A stretch of DNA of 64,000 nt. It comes from Bryobacterales bacterium. GTDB lineage: Bacteria; Acidobacteriota; Terriglobia; Bryobacterales; UBA6623. The stretch's first letter is position 1. Each line of letters begins with the position of its first letter. Location: contig OZ250179.1 in assembly GCA_965238125.1 (NCBI GenBank), positions 506,981 to 570,980 on the forward strand, in the 5' to 3' direction. Positions 26,434-36,439 of this stretch are shown piece by piece. The translations under genes and the position numbers were made by a program. The notes beneath the pieces are model-generated. The model searched no databases and had not been told where the DNA came from. It saw nothing but the letters and a program-made list of their open reading frames with translations.

Positions 26434-28099
26434 CCCGCATTTTCAATTTGATGTATGAGCTTCAGACCATCCAGCGACCTTCAGCGTCTTTATTGATAGG
26501 GGCTAGAGCCCGATAAGGACGCCATGGAGGTCAACACCCGATGGGTGAAAAAGAAAACAAGCCGTTTCAGCTCACGTTCAATGGATTTCTCAAAGTCGAT
26601 TTCCAAGGATCGCGAGTCACCTCGGATGGCGGTCTGATTCTCGTTCGCGAACTGGATGAACGACTCGGACTCGGGAAGCTGATCGACGAGCATCTCAGCG
26701 ACTCGCGACAAGGCTTGAACAAGAAGTTCGCGCTGGCCGATCTGCTGCGGCAGTCGGTCTACAGCCGACTCGCTGGCTACGAGGACCTCAATGACGCCGT
26801 TCGAGTATCCGCCGATCCGACCTTTCGCTTGATCGGCTCGAAGAGGAACTGGGATCGCGGAGCAGCCTTGACCTCGACGCTGCATGGCTTCGAGACGGAG
26901 ATGCTGGCGAGCGAAGAGAACTTGCTGGGGCTGATGGCAGTGAACCGGGAGCTGGTCGCGCAAGCCGAAGCTCCCGACGGTTCAGACCGCGTGGTGCTCG
27001 ACATGGACTCCACGGAGAGCCCCGTCCACGGCCAACAGGAAGGCAGTGCCTACAACGGCCATTTTGAGTCCCTCTGCTATCACCCGCTGTTGCTGTTCAA
27101 CCAGCACGGCGACTGCCTAGGCGCGAAGCTGCGTCCCGGCAACGTGCACAGCGCCGAGGACTGGGACGAGCTGCTACTGCCGGAGATCGAACGACAACAG
27201 GCGGAGGGCAAACAGGTGACGTTCCGCGCCGACGCCGCCTTCGCCAAGCCCGAGATCTACGAGGCGATGGAGGAGCGCGGCGTGGACTACGTGATTCGCA
27301 TCCCGGCGAACAAGAGCCTGGAGCTGGAGATCGAGGACATCCTGTTTCGGCCACCGGGCAGGCCGAACGCCAAGCCCCTAGTGCGCTACAAGAGTTTTCG
27401 CTATCAGGCCGAGAGCTGGTCGAAGGCAAGGCGAGTTGTCGCCAAGGTCGAGCATCACCAGGGCGAACTATTCCCGCGCGTCGGATTTGTCGTGACGAGC
27501 ATGAGCTTGCCGAGCCGCTCGGTCGTGCGGTTCTACAACAAGCGCGGCACGGCGGAGCAGTGGATCAAAGAAGGCAAACAGGCCACGCACTGGACCCGCT
27601 TGTCGTGTCACCGCTTCCGAGCCAACGAGGTACGGCTGCAACTCAGCGTGCCGGCCTACAACCTGGGCAACCTGTGGCGGCGGCTAGGGCTGCCGCAGCG
27701 AATCAAAAGCTGGTCGCTAACGAGTTTGCAACACAGATTGATGAAGACCGGCGGTCGGCTGGTCAAGCATGCTCGCTACTACTGGCTGCTGCTGGCGGAG
27801 GGGCATCTGAACCGGCGGCTGTTCGGTGACATGCTGCATAGGATCTGGGCGCTGCCTGTGCCGGGTGGGTAGCGTTGCCCGGGCGAGGATCAACAGTTTT
27901 TGGCTCCAAAAAGGTTTCGCAGGGAGCAGTGTCGGCCGGAGCGCCGTTCAGTCCGCTCAATCAACGTCTGTGAGCGGACGGACGAGCCCTGGCGCCTACC
28001 GGCGGAGGTGATGTGCAGGGTTCAGCGCGAAAAGACGTGGTATTCGGCGCAGCGGGGGTGTATCCTGTGACCGTGCCAGGGCCAAAATGGAAATCCTGG
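26434..28099 (+). mobile_element. IS1380-family insertion sequence, copy 2 (subtype B)
   Basis: Left end CCCGCATTTTCAATTTGATG at 26434, right end ...AAAATGGAAATCCTGG at 28099. The flanks CTCCA and CCTAA differ, so there is no target duplication. Confidence 0.85.
26541..27872 (+). CDS. IS1380-family DDE transposase (443 aa, subtype B)
   Basis: MGEKENKPFQLTFNGFLKVDFQGSRVTSDGGLILVRELDERLGLG... Roughly 85-90% identical by eye to the subtype A protein. Confidence 0.9.
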   Translation: MGEKENKPFQLTFNGFLKVDFQGSRVTSDGGLILVRELDERLGLGKLIDEHLSDSRQGLNKKFALADLLRQSVYSRLAGYEDLNDAVRVSADPTFRLIGSKRNWDRGAALTSTLHGFETEMLASEENLLGLMAVNRELVAQAEAPDGSDRVVLDMDSTESPVHGQQEGSAYNGHFESLCYHPLLLFNQHGDCLGAKLRPGNVHSAEDWDELLLPEIERQQAEGKQVTFRADAAFAKPEIYEAMEERGVDYVIRIPANKSLELEIEDILFRPPGRPNAKPLVRYKSFRYQAESWSKARRVVAKVEHHQGELFPRVGFVVTSMSLPSRSVVRFYNKRGTAEQWIKEGKQATHWTRLSCHRFRANEVRLQLSVPAYNLGNLWRRLGLPQRIKSWSLTSLQHRLMKTGGRLVKHARYYWLLLAEGHLNRRLFGDMLHRIWALPVPGG

Positions 28100-28196
28100 C
28101 CTAATCCGCATGCCGGTTTGTCTCAGACTTGGTCGGAAAGAACGCCGCCCTCTCTAAACATTTTTTTAGGTTCTGTTTTAGGAAGAGCGTGCGTTC

Positions 28197-28476
28197 TTAG
28201 GTGCAACTTCCATTGTCGTGACATTGGAAGCATTTCTCGCGATAGTAGGCGACTTTGGCCGCCGGGGCCGGTTGGTTGTGAATCTCGTGACAACTGAAGC
28301 AGCTCAACTCGCCCTCGGTTTGGCGGAAGCAGGTGCTGAGTTCCATGGAAAACTGGTGTTCCAGAAGATCGGACTCCCGAGGATTATCTCGCTCCATGGG
28401 AAATTTGAAAATCGCCAGCGTATCGTTGAGATGCGTCCCAGGGCGGAAGTCTGCGTAGTTCCTGCCCGGCTGTAAG
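28197..28476 (-). pseudogene. Multihaem cytochrome c, C-terminal fragment (continuation of 38105..38975)
   Basis: QPGRNYADFRPGTHLNDTLAIFKF...LSCFSCHEIHNQPAPAAKVAYYREKCFQCHDNGSCT* (two CxxCH). It joins in frame to ...CMNCHQGGNARVL at 38105 once 28477..38109 is removed. Confidence 0.7.
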
Positions 28477-28871
28477 CCGTAAAACGCGATTTCGGATTCG
28501 AGACCTGCACATAACCGAGCCAACCTGTCGCCTCGTCCGTCATCTGAAGGGCTTTGCTCACATCAGGTCGCGGAAATCCCGGCACGGCAGCGCCTACAAC
28601 ACGACGGTTCTCGTCCACTACGACCACACATTCGATGGCTTCGCTTTTCGAGTACGCCCATCCCGCTGCCTCCGCCAGGTCCGGTTTGACTATTCGAAGA
28701 CCATCGAAGCTTCCTCCAATAGGACTACGGCGAGGTTGTCGTAATGCCGGGGCTCACGGTCGCGGGAACCGATACCCGTCACTACGGCAAGGCGAGCCTG
28801 CGGACCCCGTAGAACAGCTCTGAGACGGGTCAGACGGGCAATCTAGACGCCGCGCTGGCTGCTGCGTCACA

Positions 28872-29279
28872 ATGAATTCAATGGCGGCAAGTGTCCCAAT
28901 TGTCCCACTTAAAAAAGGCGGCAGACGTGGCGAGTTCACAAAGGCTCAGGTCGAGAACGCGCTCACCGAAGCAAATGGATTCGTCACGTCGGCAGCAAAG
29001 CGTTTAGGCTGCAACCCCAAGACCGTCTATCGGTACATGGAGCGCTACCCCTCCCTCAAGGAAGTCCTCGCCGATGCGCGGGAGGATGCGCTGGATCTCG
29101 CCGAATCGAAGCTCATGAAGGCCATCAACGAGGGCAACCTCACCGCGATCATCTTCTTTCTCAAGACTCGCGGCAAGTCGCGGGGCTACAGCGAACGCCG
29201 CCAGTTCGGTCACCCCACCGGCGACGAGCCAGTCGAGTTCACACTGAAGCTGGGGGACAGGGTTGTCAAGGAAGACTAG
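28872..29279 (+). CDS. HTH-domain protein, phage-like (terminase small-subunit/regulator-like)
   Basis: 135 aa: ...NALTEANGFVTSAAKRLGCNPKTVYRYMERYPSLKEVLADAREDALDLAESKLMKAINEGNLTAIIFFLKTRGKSRGYSE. This pattern is seen in prophage HTH proteins. Assignment is from memory only. Confidence 0.45.
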   Translation: MNSMAASVPIVPLKKGGRRGEFTKAQVENALTEANGFVTSAAKRLGCNPKTVYRYMERYPSLKEVLADAREDALDLAESKLMKAINEGNLTAIIFFLKTRGKSRGYSERRQFGHPTGDEPVEFTLKLGDRVVKED

Positions 29280-29530
29280 CGAAAACTCCCGACCACCACA
29301 ATGTGCCGGCGGCCCGGTTCGCGAGACGGCGACCTACATCATCACCCCCTATTCCGATCCAGTCCGAGAACTTGCCAACGCGACGGCAGCTGATCAACGT
29401 ACGGCCATCGACGAAGAACGCCGGATGCGAGCCGAGAAGCGGGCCCACTTCGTCACCCCGGATCACCGCGAACCAGTGCGCTATGCTGTCTTCACCGGCA
29501 GAGCTTTCGAAAATTGAGGTGGTAAGGAAA

Positions 29531-29835
29531 ATGCATTGCATACATTGCGGCAAAGAGGTGCCAGCCGAAGCCGAGTTTTGCGCTTCGTGCGGTAAGCCGT
29601 TAGGGGCAACCCCGAAGACTGACGACGCGCAAGCGGAAAAGAACGGGGCCACGGTCAAGAAACGTACGCTCGGCTGCCTCGTCATCCTTTTGATGATGGG
29701 AGCGTGCATCTTTGCGGTCAGCCGGAAAGGAGGCGATCCCGCTGCGACGAAGGAGCGGGAAGCTCGAACACGGAGGATTGAAGCCTACCGCATGTCGCAG
29801 GGGTTTGTTAAGAAACAACTAAAAACTCCCATGGG
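29531..29835 (+). pseudogene. Zinc-ribbon plus single-TM protein, 3'-truncated
   Basis: MHCIHCGKEVPAEAEFCASCGKPL (CxxC...CxxC zinc ribbon), then a TM helix (LGCLVILLMMGACIFAV). The ORF runs into the antisense cas3 fragment at about 29836. Confidence 0.4.
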
Positions 29836-29945
29836 CTACTGCTTCCGGATGAAGCGCGAAATGTCGATGTCGTTGCCAGCTAGATCAGGTGTTGTATCGA
29901 ACAGGTCCACGAGGTCGCGCCGCCGGATCACGTGAGTCGTTTCAA

Positions 29946-31606
29946 CCCGCATTTCCAATTTGATTCAGACCTCTCGACCTTCCGGCGGCCTTGAGCGTCT
30001 TTATTCATAGGGGCTAGAGCCCGCTGAGGACGCCATGGAGGCCAACACCCAATGGGTGAAAAACAAACCAAGCCATTCCAGCTAAGTTTCAACGGCTCGT
30101 TGAAAGTCGATTTCCAGGGATCGCACGTCACTTCCGACGGTGGCCTGATTTTGGTTCGCGAACTGGACGAACGGCTCGGTCTCGGAGAACTGATTGACGA
30201 GCATCTCAGCGACTCCCGGCAAGGCACCAACAAGCAGTTCACGCTCGCTGATCTGTTGCGGCAGTCGATCTACAGCCGCTTGGCAGGCTACGAGGACGTC
30301 AACGACGCCGTCCGAGTGTCGGCTGACCCGACGTTTCGCTTGATCGGCTCGCAGAAGATCTGGGATCGCGGTGCGGCCTTGACCTCGACGCTGCACGGCT
30401 TCGAGACGGAGATGCTGGCGAGCGAAGAGAACCTGCTGGGGCTGATGGCGCTGAACCGAGAGCTGGTCGGGCAAGCGGAGGCGTTCGACGACTCCGAGCG
30501 GGTCGTTCTGGACATGGACTCCACCGAGAGTCCGGTCCATGGCCAACAGGAAGGCAGTGCCTACAACGGACACTTCGAGTCGGTCTGCTACCACCCGTTG
30601 CTTTTGTTCAACGGTCATGGTGATTGCCTCGCTGCCAAGCTGCGTCCCGGCAACGTGCACAGCGCCGAGGACTGGGATGAGCTATTGTTGCCGGAGATCG
30701 AGCGCCAACAGGCTGCGGGCAAGCAGGTCGCCTTCCGGGGCGATGCCGCCTTTGCCAAGCCGGAGATCTACGAGGCGCTGGAGGAGCGCGGCGCGGACTA
30801 CGCGATCCGCATTCCGGCCAATAAGAACCTGGAGCTGGAGATCGAAGACATCCTGTTTCGTCCGCCGGGGAGGCCCGGCCGCAAGCCGCTAGTGCGCTAC
30901 AAGAGCTTTCGCTATCAGGCGGAGAGCTGGAAGGGGCCGAGACGAGTTGTCGCCAAGGTCGAGCACCACCAGGGCGAGCTATTCGCGCGCGTCGGTTTTA
31001 TCGTGACGAACATGAGCTTGCCAAGCCGGTCGGTGGTGCGTTTCTACAACAAGCGCGGCACGGCGGAGCAGTGGATCAAAGAAGGTAAGCAAGCGACGCA
31101 CTGGACGCGGCTGTCGTGCCATCGCTTCCGGGCGAACGAGGTGCGCTTGCAGTTAAGCGTGCCGGCCTACAACCTGGGCAACCTGTGGCGGCGACTCGGG
31201 TTGCCGCACAGGATCAAGACGTGGTCACTGACGAGCTTGCAGCAGCGGTTGATGAAGACGGGCGGCAGATTGGTCAAGCACGCGCGGTACTACTGGTTGC
31301 TCTTGGCCGAGGGACATCTGAACCGGCGGCTGTTTGGCGACATGCTGCGGAGGATCTGGGCGCTGCCTGTGCCGGGTGGTTAGCACCGCACTTGGCGAAT
31401 GCGAAATCTGTGTACTGAGGACGGAAGCTCGGAGGGGTGTCTGCGAAATTGACTTCGCAGCGGCGGATCAGCCCCCATGAGGGGCAAGAAGGGGGCTCGA
31501 TCGGTCCCGCCTCAGCCGCCGCCTCTTTCGGGTGGAGAAATGGTTGCGCTTCGCCGGGTGAGGGTGTAGACTCGTGCCGTCAGAGGAGCCAAATCGGAAA
31601 TCCTGG
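29946..31606 (+). mobile_element. IS1380-family insertion sequence, copy 3 (subtype A) with 5-bp target duplication
   Basis: Ends as in copy 1. The direct repeat TTCAA lies at 29941-29945 and 31607-31611. Inserted in the cas3-like gene. Confidence 0.9.
30052..31383 (+). CDS. IS1380-family DDE transposase (443 aa, subtype A)
   Basis: Identical to the copy 1 protein from about residue 110 onward, with ten substitutions in the first ~105 residues. Confidence 0.9.
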   Translation: MGEKQTKPFQLSFNGSLKVDFQGSHVTSDGGLILVRELDERLGLGELIDEHLSDSRQGTNKQFTLADLLRQSIYSRLAGYEDVNDAVRVSADPTFRLIGSQKIWDRGAALTSTLHGFETEMLASEENLLGLMALNRELVGQAEAFDDSERVVLDMDSTESPVHGQQEGSAYNGHFESVCYHPLLLFNGHGDCLAAKLRPGNVHSAEDWDELLLPEIERQQAAGKQVAFRGDAAFAKPEIYEALEERGADYAIRIPANKNLELEIEDILFRPPGRPGRKPLVRYKSFRYQAESWKGPRRVVAKVEHHQGELFARVGFIVTNMSLPSRSVVRFYNKRGTAEQWIKEGKQATHWTRLSCHRFRANEVRLQLSVPAYNLGNLWRRLGLPHRIKTWSLTSLQQRLMKTGGRLVKHARYYWLLLAEGHLNRRLFGDMLRRIWALPVPGG

Positions 31607-32377
31607 TTCAAGGCGCATCTGAGCGTCCATTTGTTCGAGTGAGGCGGGCCCAACGTCAGAAACAGTCTGTAGCAACTCCCTTGCTTCTAGGATGTCCCCC
31701 AGTTCGTAGGGCTTTTCTACGTTTGCGCGACTCTTCTCGTCATCCGGAACGTCAAACCAGCAAACGCGGGCATCTTTGGCCTCATTGAATTCGCCTTTCC
31801 GGTTGCATCGTCCGAATCGCTGTACGAGCGACGGCCAAGGTGCGAGTTCGGTGAAGAGCACCTTGGCCGAAATATCTACGCCTGCCTCGACCACTTGCGT
31901 GGTGACGGCTATCGTTCCCTGCACGGGTGGATCGGCCAGCAACCTCTTGAGTCCCGCTGCCCGGTCCTGTGGGCGAAAACGCGAGTGGATAAGTACCGGT
32001 TCCACCGACGCCTGCTTCTTAAGCTCCTTGTACACCTTGATCGCTCGATCCACTGTGTTGAAGACCGCAATCGTCCGTGCCCCAGGTTCGTGGGCTTCAG
32101 CAACAGCTCTCGCGCAGGCTTCCCCATCACCCATCGCCGCCGCTGACTTCTCAAGCGTCTTAGCAGCCTCATATCGATCTTTGACCGCAGGTAACTCCTT
32201 ATCGTCGTCTGCTATTTGAAGCGACGCTCCCACCCATTCCTTCTTGAAGTCCACAGTGTGCAGCCAAGTTTCGTCCAATGTCGCCGACATCCAGATCGAC
32301 TGGGCGGCTCCAAAGACCCCTATTGAGTCTCGCAAAACAAAGTGACACCTTTTTGGGGTACGTACGTCTTTGTATGT

Positions 32378-33393
32378 ATGGGAAATACAAAAGGCGTACG
32401 GCGGGATTTCGAGGCCCTGGAGAAGCGCCGTTTCAAAGCGATCCGGTTGGTCGAGCAAGGCTGTAGTCAGTCCGAGACAGCGAGGCGATTGAAGGTCGCG
32501 CGGCAAAGCGTCAGCGAGTGGCTGCGACGATACCGGCGTGACGGCGAAGCCGGGTTGCGCCAGGCCGGCCGCGCCGGCCGTAAGCCGCTGTTGGACGCCG
32601 CGCAGCTCGAACGCCTCGAGGCGTTGCTGCTGGAAGGCCCCGAGGCGCACGGCTTCCCGACGCCGCTGTGGAGCTGTCCGCGGGTCGCTCGTCTGATCGG
32701 AGACGAGTTCGGCGTGCGCTATCACGAGGGCCATGTCTGGAAGATCCTGCGGGCGCTCGGTTGGAGCCCGCAACGGCCCGTCGGCAAAGCGCGGGAGCGC
32801 AACGAAGAGGCCATCCGCGGCTGGCAGCGCAAGACTTGGCCGGCCATTAAAAAAAAGCCCGCAAAGAAGAACGTACGATCGTCTTCATCGACGAAAGCGG
32901 ATTGAGTCAGAAGCCGCATCGTTGCCGCACCTGGGCGCCGCGCGGCGAGACACCGGTGTTGGAGTTCAACTTCAACTGGGACAAGCTGTCGGTGTCGGCC
33001 GGGCTGACGTTGCGCAACTTTTACTTCCGGCTCTATCCCGGCGCGATCGGCGAGCTGGAGGTCATCGACTTCCTGAAGGCTTTGGTGCGCCACATCGACG
33101 GCCCACTGCTGATCGTCTGGGACCGGCTGCCGGCGCACCGCAGCCGCCTGGTGCGGGAGTTCATCCAGCTCTCCGAGGATCACATCGCAACGGAGTACTT
33201 GCCGCCCTATGCGCCGGAGTTGAACCCGGTGGAATACATTTGGGCGTACTGGAAGCAGCACGAGTTGCCCAACGTCTGCCCGAAGGACTACTGGGAACTC
33301 GACGAGCGCGCCCGCAAAGCGCTGCGGCGAATGCGCCGCAAACCGCGCTTGATTACCGCTTTCTGGAAACAGTCTTCTCTTTGTCTCGATTGA
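32378..33393 (+). CDS. IS630-family DDE transposase, two frames joined by a probable -1 frameshift
   Basis: OrfA is the HTH part: MGNTKGVRRDFEALEKRRFKAIRLVEQGCSQSETARRLKVARQSVSEWLRRYR... The -1 frame continues ARKEERTIVFIDESGLSQKPH...LLIVWDRLPAHRS...PPYAPELNPVEYIW (a DDE triad). The fusion would be ~338 aa, normal for IS630 transposases. Confidence 0.8.
32851..32857 (+). promoter_or_regulatory. Candidate -1 programmed ribosomal frameshift heptamer A_AAA_AAG
   Basis: The A8G run (32849-32857) is in the X_XXY_YYZ register of the upstream frame. The -1 frame opens at 32851, immediately after a TAA at 32848-32850. Confidence 0.5.
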
Positions 33394-33403
33394 CAGTATA
33401 TTA

Positions 33404-33994
<591 letters not shown>

Positions 33995-34454
33995 TTAAGC
34001 GGCCCGTCGCCACACATGATAACTCTTCCCAGGGTCATCGAGAGCTGCTTTTACGCACACACAAAGATATCACCCAAGACAACTGAATGGAAGTCAATCT
34101 TGGCGGTGATCCCCAGATCCAAGCCCCCGTGGCCGCGTTGAGCACGTCGTGGCCCGCGACGCGTGTCACCTGGTGCACCGCCACCATAATCGGGCCTTCT
34201 GGCGAACGTTGGGCAACGTCATGCCCGACTGGCGGGAACGTAAGCAGTTACTTGAGGCGTGGGAGCGCGAGGTCTTCCACGGCCGGATGAAGGTGGGTTG
34301 ATCCCCCCCGAGTCCCAACCGTGAAAACACAAAAAAATTGGGGCGTGAGGCCTGACGCTGCGTTCGGGCGTGGTGGGCCCTTCTCTGAGACAAAGATGGA
34401 GCAGGCCGTGTCTCGTAGGCCTCGGACGGGCGGAACGCGGGAAAGACCTATAAA

Positions 34455-36120
34455 CCAGGATTTCCATTTTGGCCCTGGCACGGTCACAGGATACACCCCC
34501 GCTGCGCCGAATACCACGTCTTTTCGCGCTGAACCCTGCACATCACCTCCGCCGGTAGGCGCCAGGGCTCGTCCGTCCGCTCACAGACGTTGATTGAGCG
34601 GACTGAACGGCGCTCCGGCCGACACTGCTCCCTGCGAAACCTTTTTGGAGCCAAAAACTGTTGATCCTCGCCCGGGCAACGCTACCCACCCGGCACAGGC
34701 AGCGCCCAGATCCTATGCAGCATGTCACCGAACAGCCGCCGGTTCAGATGCCCCTCCGCCAGCAGCAACCAGTAGTAGCGAGCATGCTTGACCAGCCGAC
34801 CGCCGGTCTTCATCAACCTGTGTTGCAAACTCGTTAGCGACCAGCTTTTGATTCGCTGCGGCAGCCCTAGCCGCCGCCACAGGTTGCCCAGGTTGTAGGC
34901 CAGCACGCTGAGTTGCAGCCGTACCTCGTTGGCTCGGAAGCGGTGACACGACAAGCGGGTCCAGTGCGTGGCCTGTTTGCCTTCTTTGATCCACTGCTCC
35001 GCCGTGCCGCGCTTGTTGTAGAACCGCACGACCGAGCGGCTCGGCAAGCTCATGCTCGTCACGACAAATCCGACGCGCGGGAATAGTTCGCCCTGGTGAT
35101 GCTCGACCTTGGCGACAACTCGCCTTGCCTTCGACCAGCTCTCGGCCTGATAGCGAAAACTCTTGTAGCGCACTAGGGGCTTGGCGTTCGGCCTGCCCGG
35201 TGGCCGAAACAGGATGTCCTCGATCTCCAGCTCCAGGCTCTTGTTCGCCGGGATGCGAATCACGTAGTCCACGCCGCGCTCCTCCATCGCCTCGTAGATC
35301 TCGGGCTTGGCGAAGGCGGCGTCGGCGCGGAACGTCACCTGTTTGCCCTCCGCCTGTTGTCGTTCGATCTCCGGCAGTAGCAGCTCGTCCCAGTCCTCGG
35401 CGCTGTGCACGTTGCCGGGACGCAGCTTCGCGCCTAGGCAGTCGCCGTGCTGGTTGAACAGCAACAGCGGGTGATAGCAGAGGGACTCAAAATGGCCGTT
35501 GTAGGCACTGCCTTCCTGTTGGCCGTGGACGGGGCTCTCCGTGGAGTCCATGTCGAGCACCACGCGGTCTGAACCGTCGGGAGCTTCGGCTTGCGCGACC
35601 AGCTCCCGGTTCACTGCCATCAGCCCCAGCAAGTTCTCTTCGCTCGCCAGCATCTCCGTCTCGAAGCCATGCAGCGTCGAGGTCAAGGCTGCTCCGCGAT
35701 CCCAGTTCCTCTTCGAGCCGATCAAGCGAAAGGTCGGATCGGCGGATACTCGAACGGCGTCATTGAGGTCCTCGTAGCCAGCGAGTCGGCTGTAGACCGA
35801 CTGCCGCAGCAGATCGGCCAGCGGGAACTTCTTGTTCAAGCCTTGTCGCGAGTCGCTGAGATGCTCGTCGATCAGCTTCCCGAGTCCGAGTCGTTCATCC
35901 AGTTCGCGAACGAGAATCAGACCGCCATCCGAGGTGACTCGCGATCCTTGGAAATCGACTTTGAGAAATCCATTGAACGTGAGCTGAAACGGCTTGTTTT
36001 CTTTTTCACCCATCGGGTGTTGACCTCCATGGCGTCCTTATCGGGCTCTAGCCCCTATCAATAAAGACGCTGAAGGTCGCTGGATGGTCTGAAGCTCATA
36101 CATCAAATTGAAAATGCGGG
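34455..36120 (-). mobile_element. IS1380-family insertion sequence, copy 4 (subtype B) with 5-bp target duplication
   Basis: Right end CCAGG at 34455-34459 and left end GCGGG at 36116-36120 (plus-strand view). The direct repeat ATAAA lies at 34450-34454 and 36121-36125. Confidence 0.9.
34682..36013 (-). CDS. IS1380-family DDE transposase (443 aa, subtype B)
   Basis: Differs from the copy 2 protein at two positions (KKFPLADLL, LSVLAYNLG). Confidence 0.9.
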   Translation of the reverse strand: MGEKENKPFQLTFNGFLKVDFQGSRVTSDGGLILVRELDERLGLGKLIDEHLSDSRQGLNKKFPLADLLRQSVYSRLAGYEDLNDAVRVSADPTFRLIGSKRNWDRGAALTSTLHGFETEMLASEENLLGLMAVNRELVAQAEAPDGSDRVVLDMDSTESPVHGQQEGSAYNGHFESLCYHPLLLFNQHGDCLGAKLRPGNVHSAEDWDELLLPEIERQQAEGKQVTFRADAAFAKPEIYEAMEERGVDYVIRIPANKSLELEIEDILFRPPGRPNAKPLVRYKSFRYQAESWSKARRVVAKVEHHQGELFPRVGFVVTSMSLPSRSVVRFYNKRGTAEQWIKEGKQATHWTRLSCHRFRANEVRLQLSVLAYNLGNLWRRLGLPQRIKSWSLTSLQHRLMKTGGRLVKHARYYWLLLAEGHLNRRLFGDMLHRIWALPVPGG

Positions 36121-36439
36121 ATAAACAAGGCCTCGGATAGCCACCGAGAAATGATTTCTCATTCAACAATGGGCCGTCCGGGCCTCCGAGAACTCGCCCG
36201 CGAGACGACCGAAATCGAGGCGCATCAGGGGGCTAGCCGGGCCCTCGACGGATTGTTGGACGGATCGATTGTTATCAACAGCTAATCGAAATGTCCCGTC
36301 ACAAAAGATAAAGTTAACGTTGACAGCAGAGAAGCCCGATGGTAATCTGTCCGTCTGACTCTCCTCCCACTGCCCCCCCCACTCTAGAAAAACAAGGTGC
36401 TCCACACTATGACCCACTGCATACCTCAATTGCGTCTAA

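Noticed and set aside
26429-28104. Target-site duplications for IS1380 copies 1, 2 and 5, and for the left flank of copy 6.
   Set aside because: The flanking pentamers differ (TTCAG/IS stub; CTCCA/CCTAA; TCTAA/GTAAG; CTTAG). Partial 3-4 nt resemblances between flanks of different copies were too weak to support a specific recombination history.
28530-28582. The sequence TCTGAAGGGCTTTGCTCACATCAGGTCGCGGAAATCCCGG resembles the inverted IS1380 left end (TCTGAAGCTCATACATCAAATTGAAAATGCGGG). That would make 28477-28582 a 106-bp deleted IS arm and the 9.6-kb unit a composite transposon.
   Set aside because: The same bases also read as a plausible CBS-domain coding frame (...AAVPGFPRPDVSKALQMTDEA...). 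The match is short and gapped. I could not decide without an alignment statistic, so I kept the one-ended model as the primary interpretation.
34100-34300. An unlisted reading frame gives ...GRVEHVVARDACHLVHRHHNRAFWRTLGNVMPDWRERKQLLEAWEREVFHGRMKVG*. This might be the tail of an HNH-type or transposon-related protein upstream of cas3.
   Set aside because: No motif I can assign with confidence. It is short, has no start context, and is flanked by non-coding-looking DNA.
36163-36429. An 88-aa ORF and a 38-aa ORF in the 319-bp spacer between IS1380 copies 4 and 5. The string GAAATGTCCC recurs near the ISNCY-like element (about 39088 and 39112).
   Set aside because: The ORFs have no recognisable motifs or ribosome-binding context. 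The 10-nt recurrence is too short to call a solo IS end.
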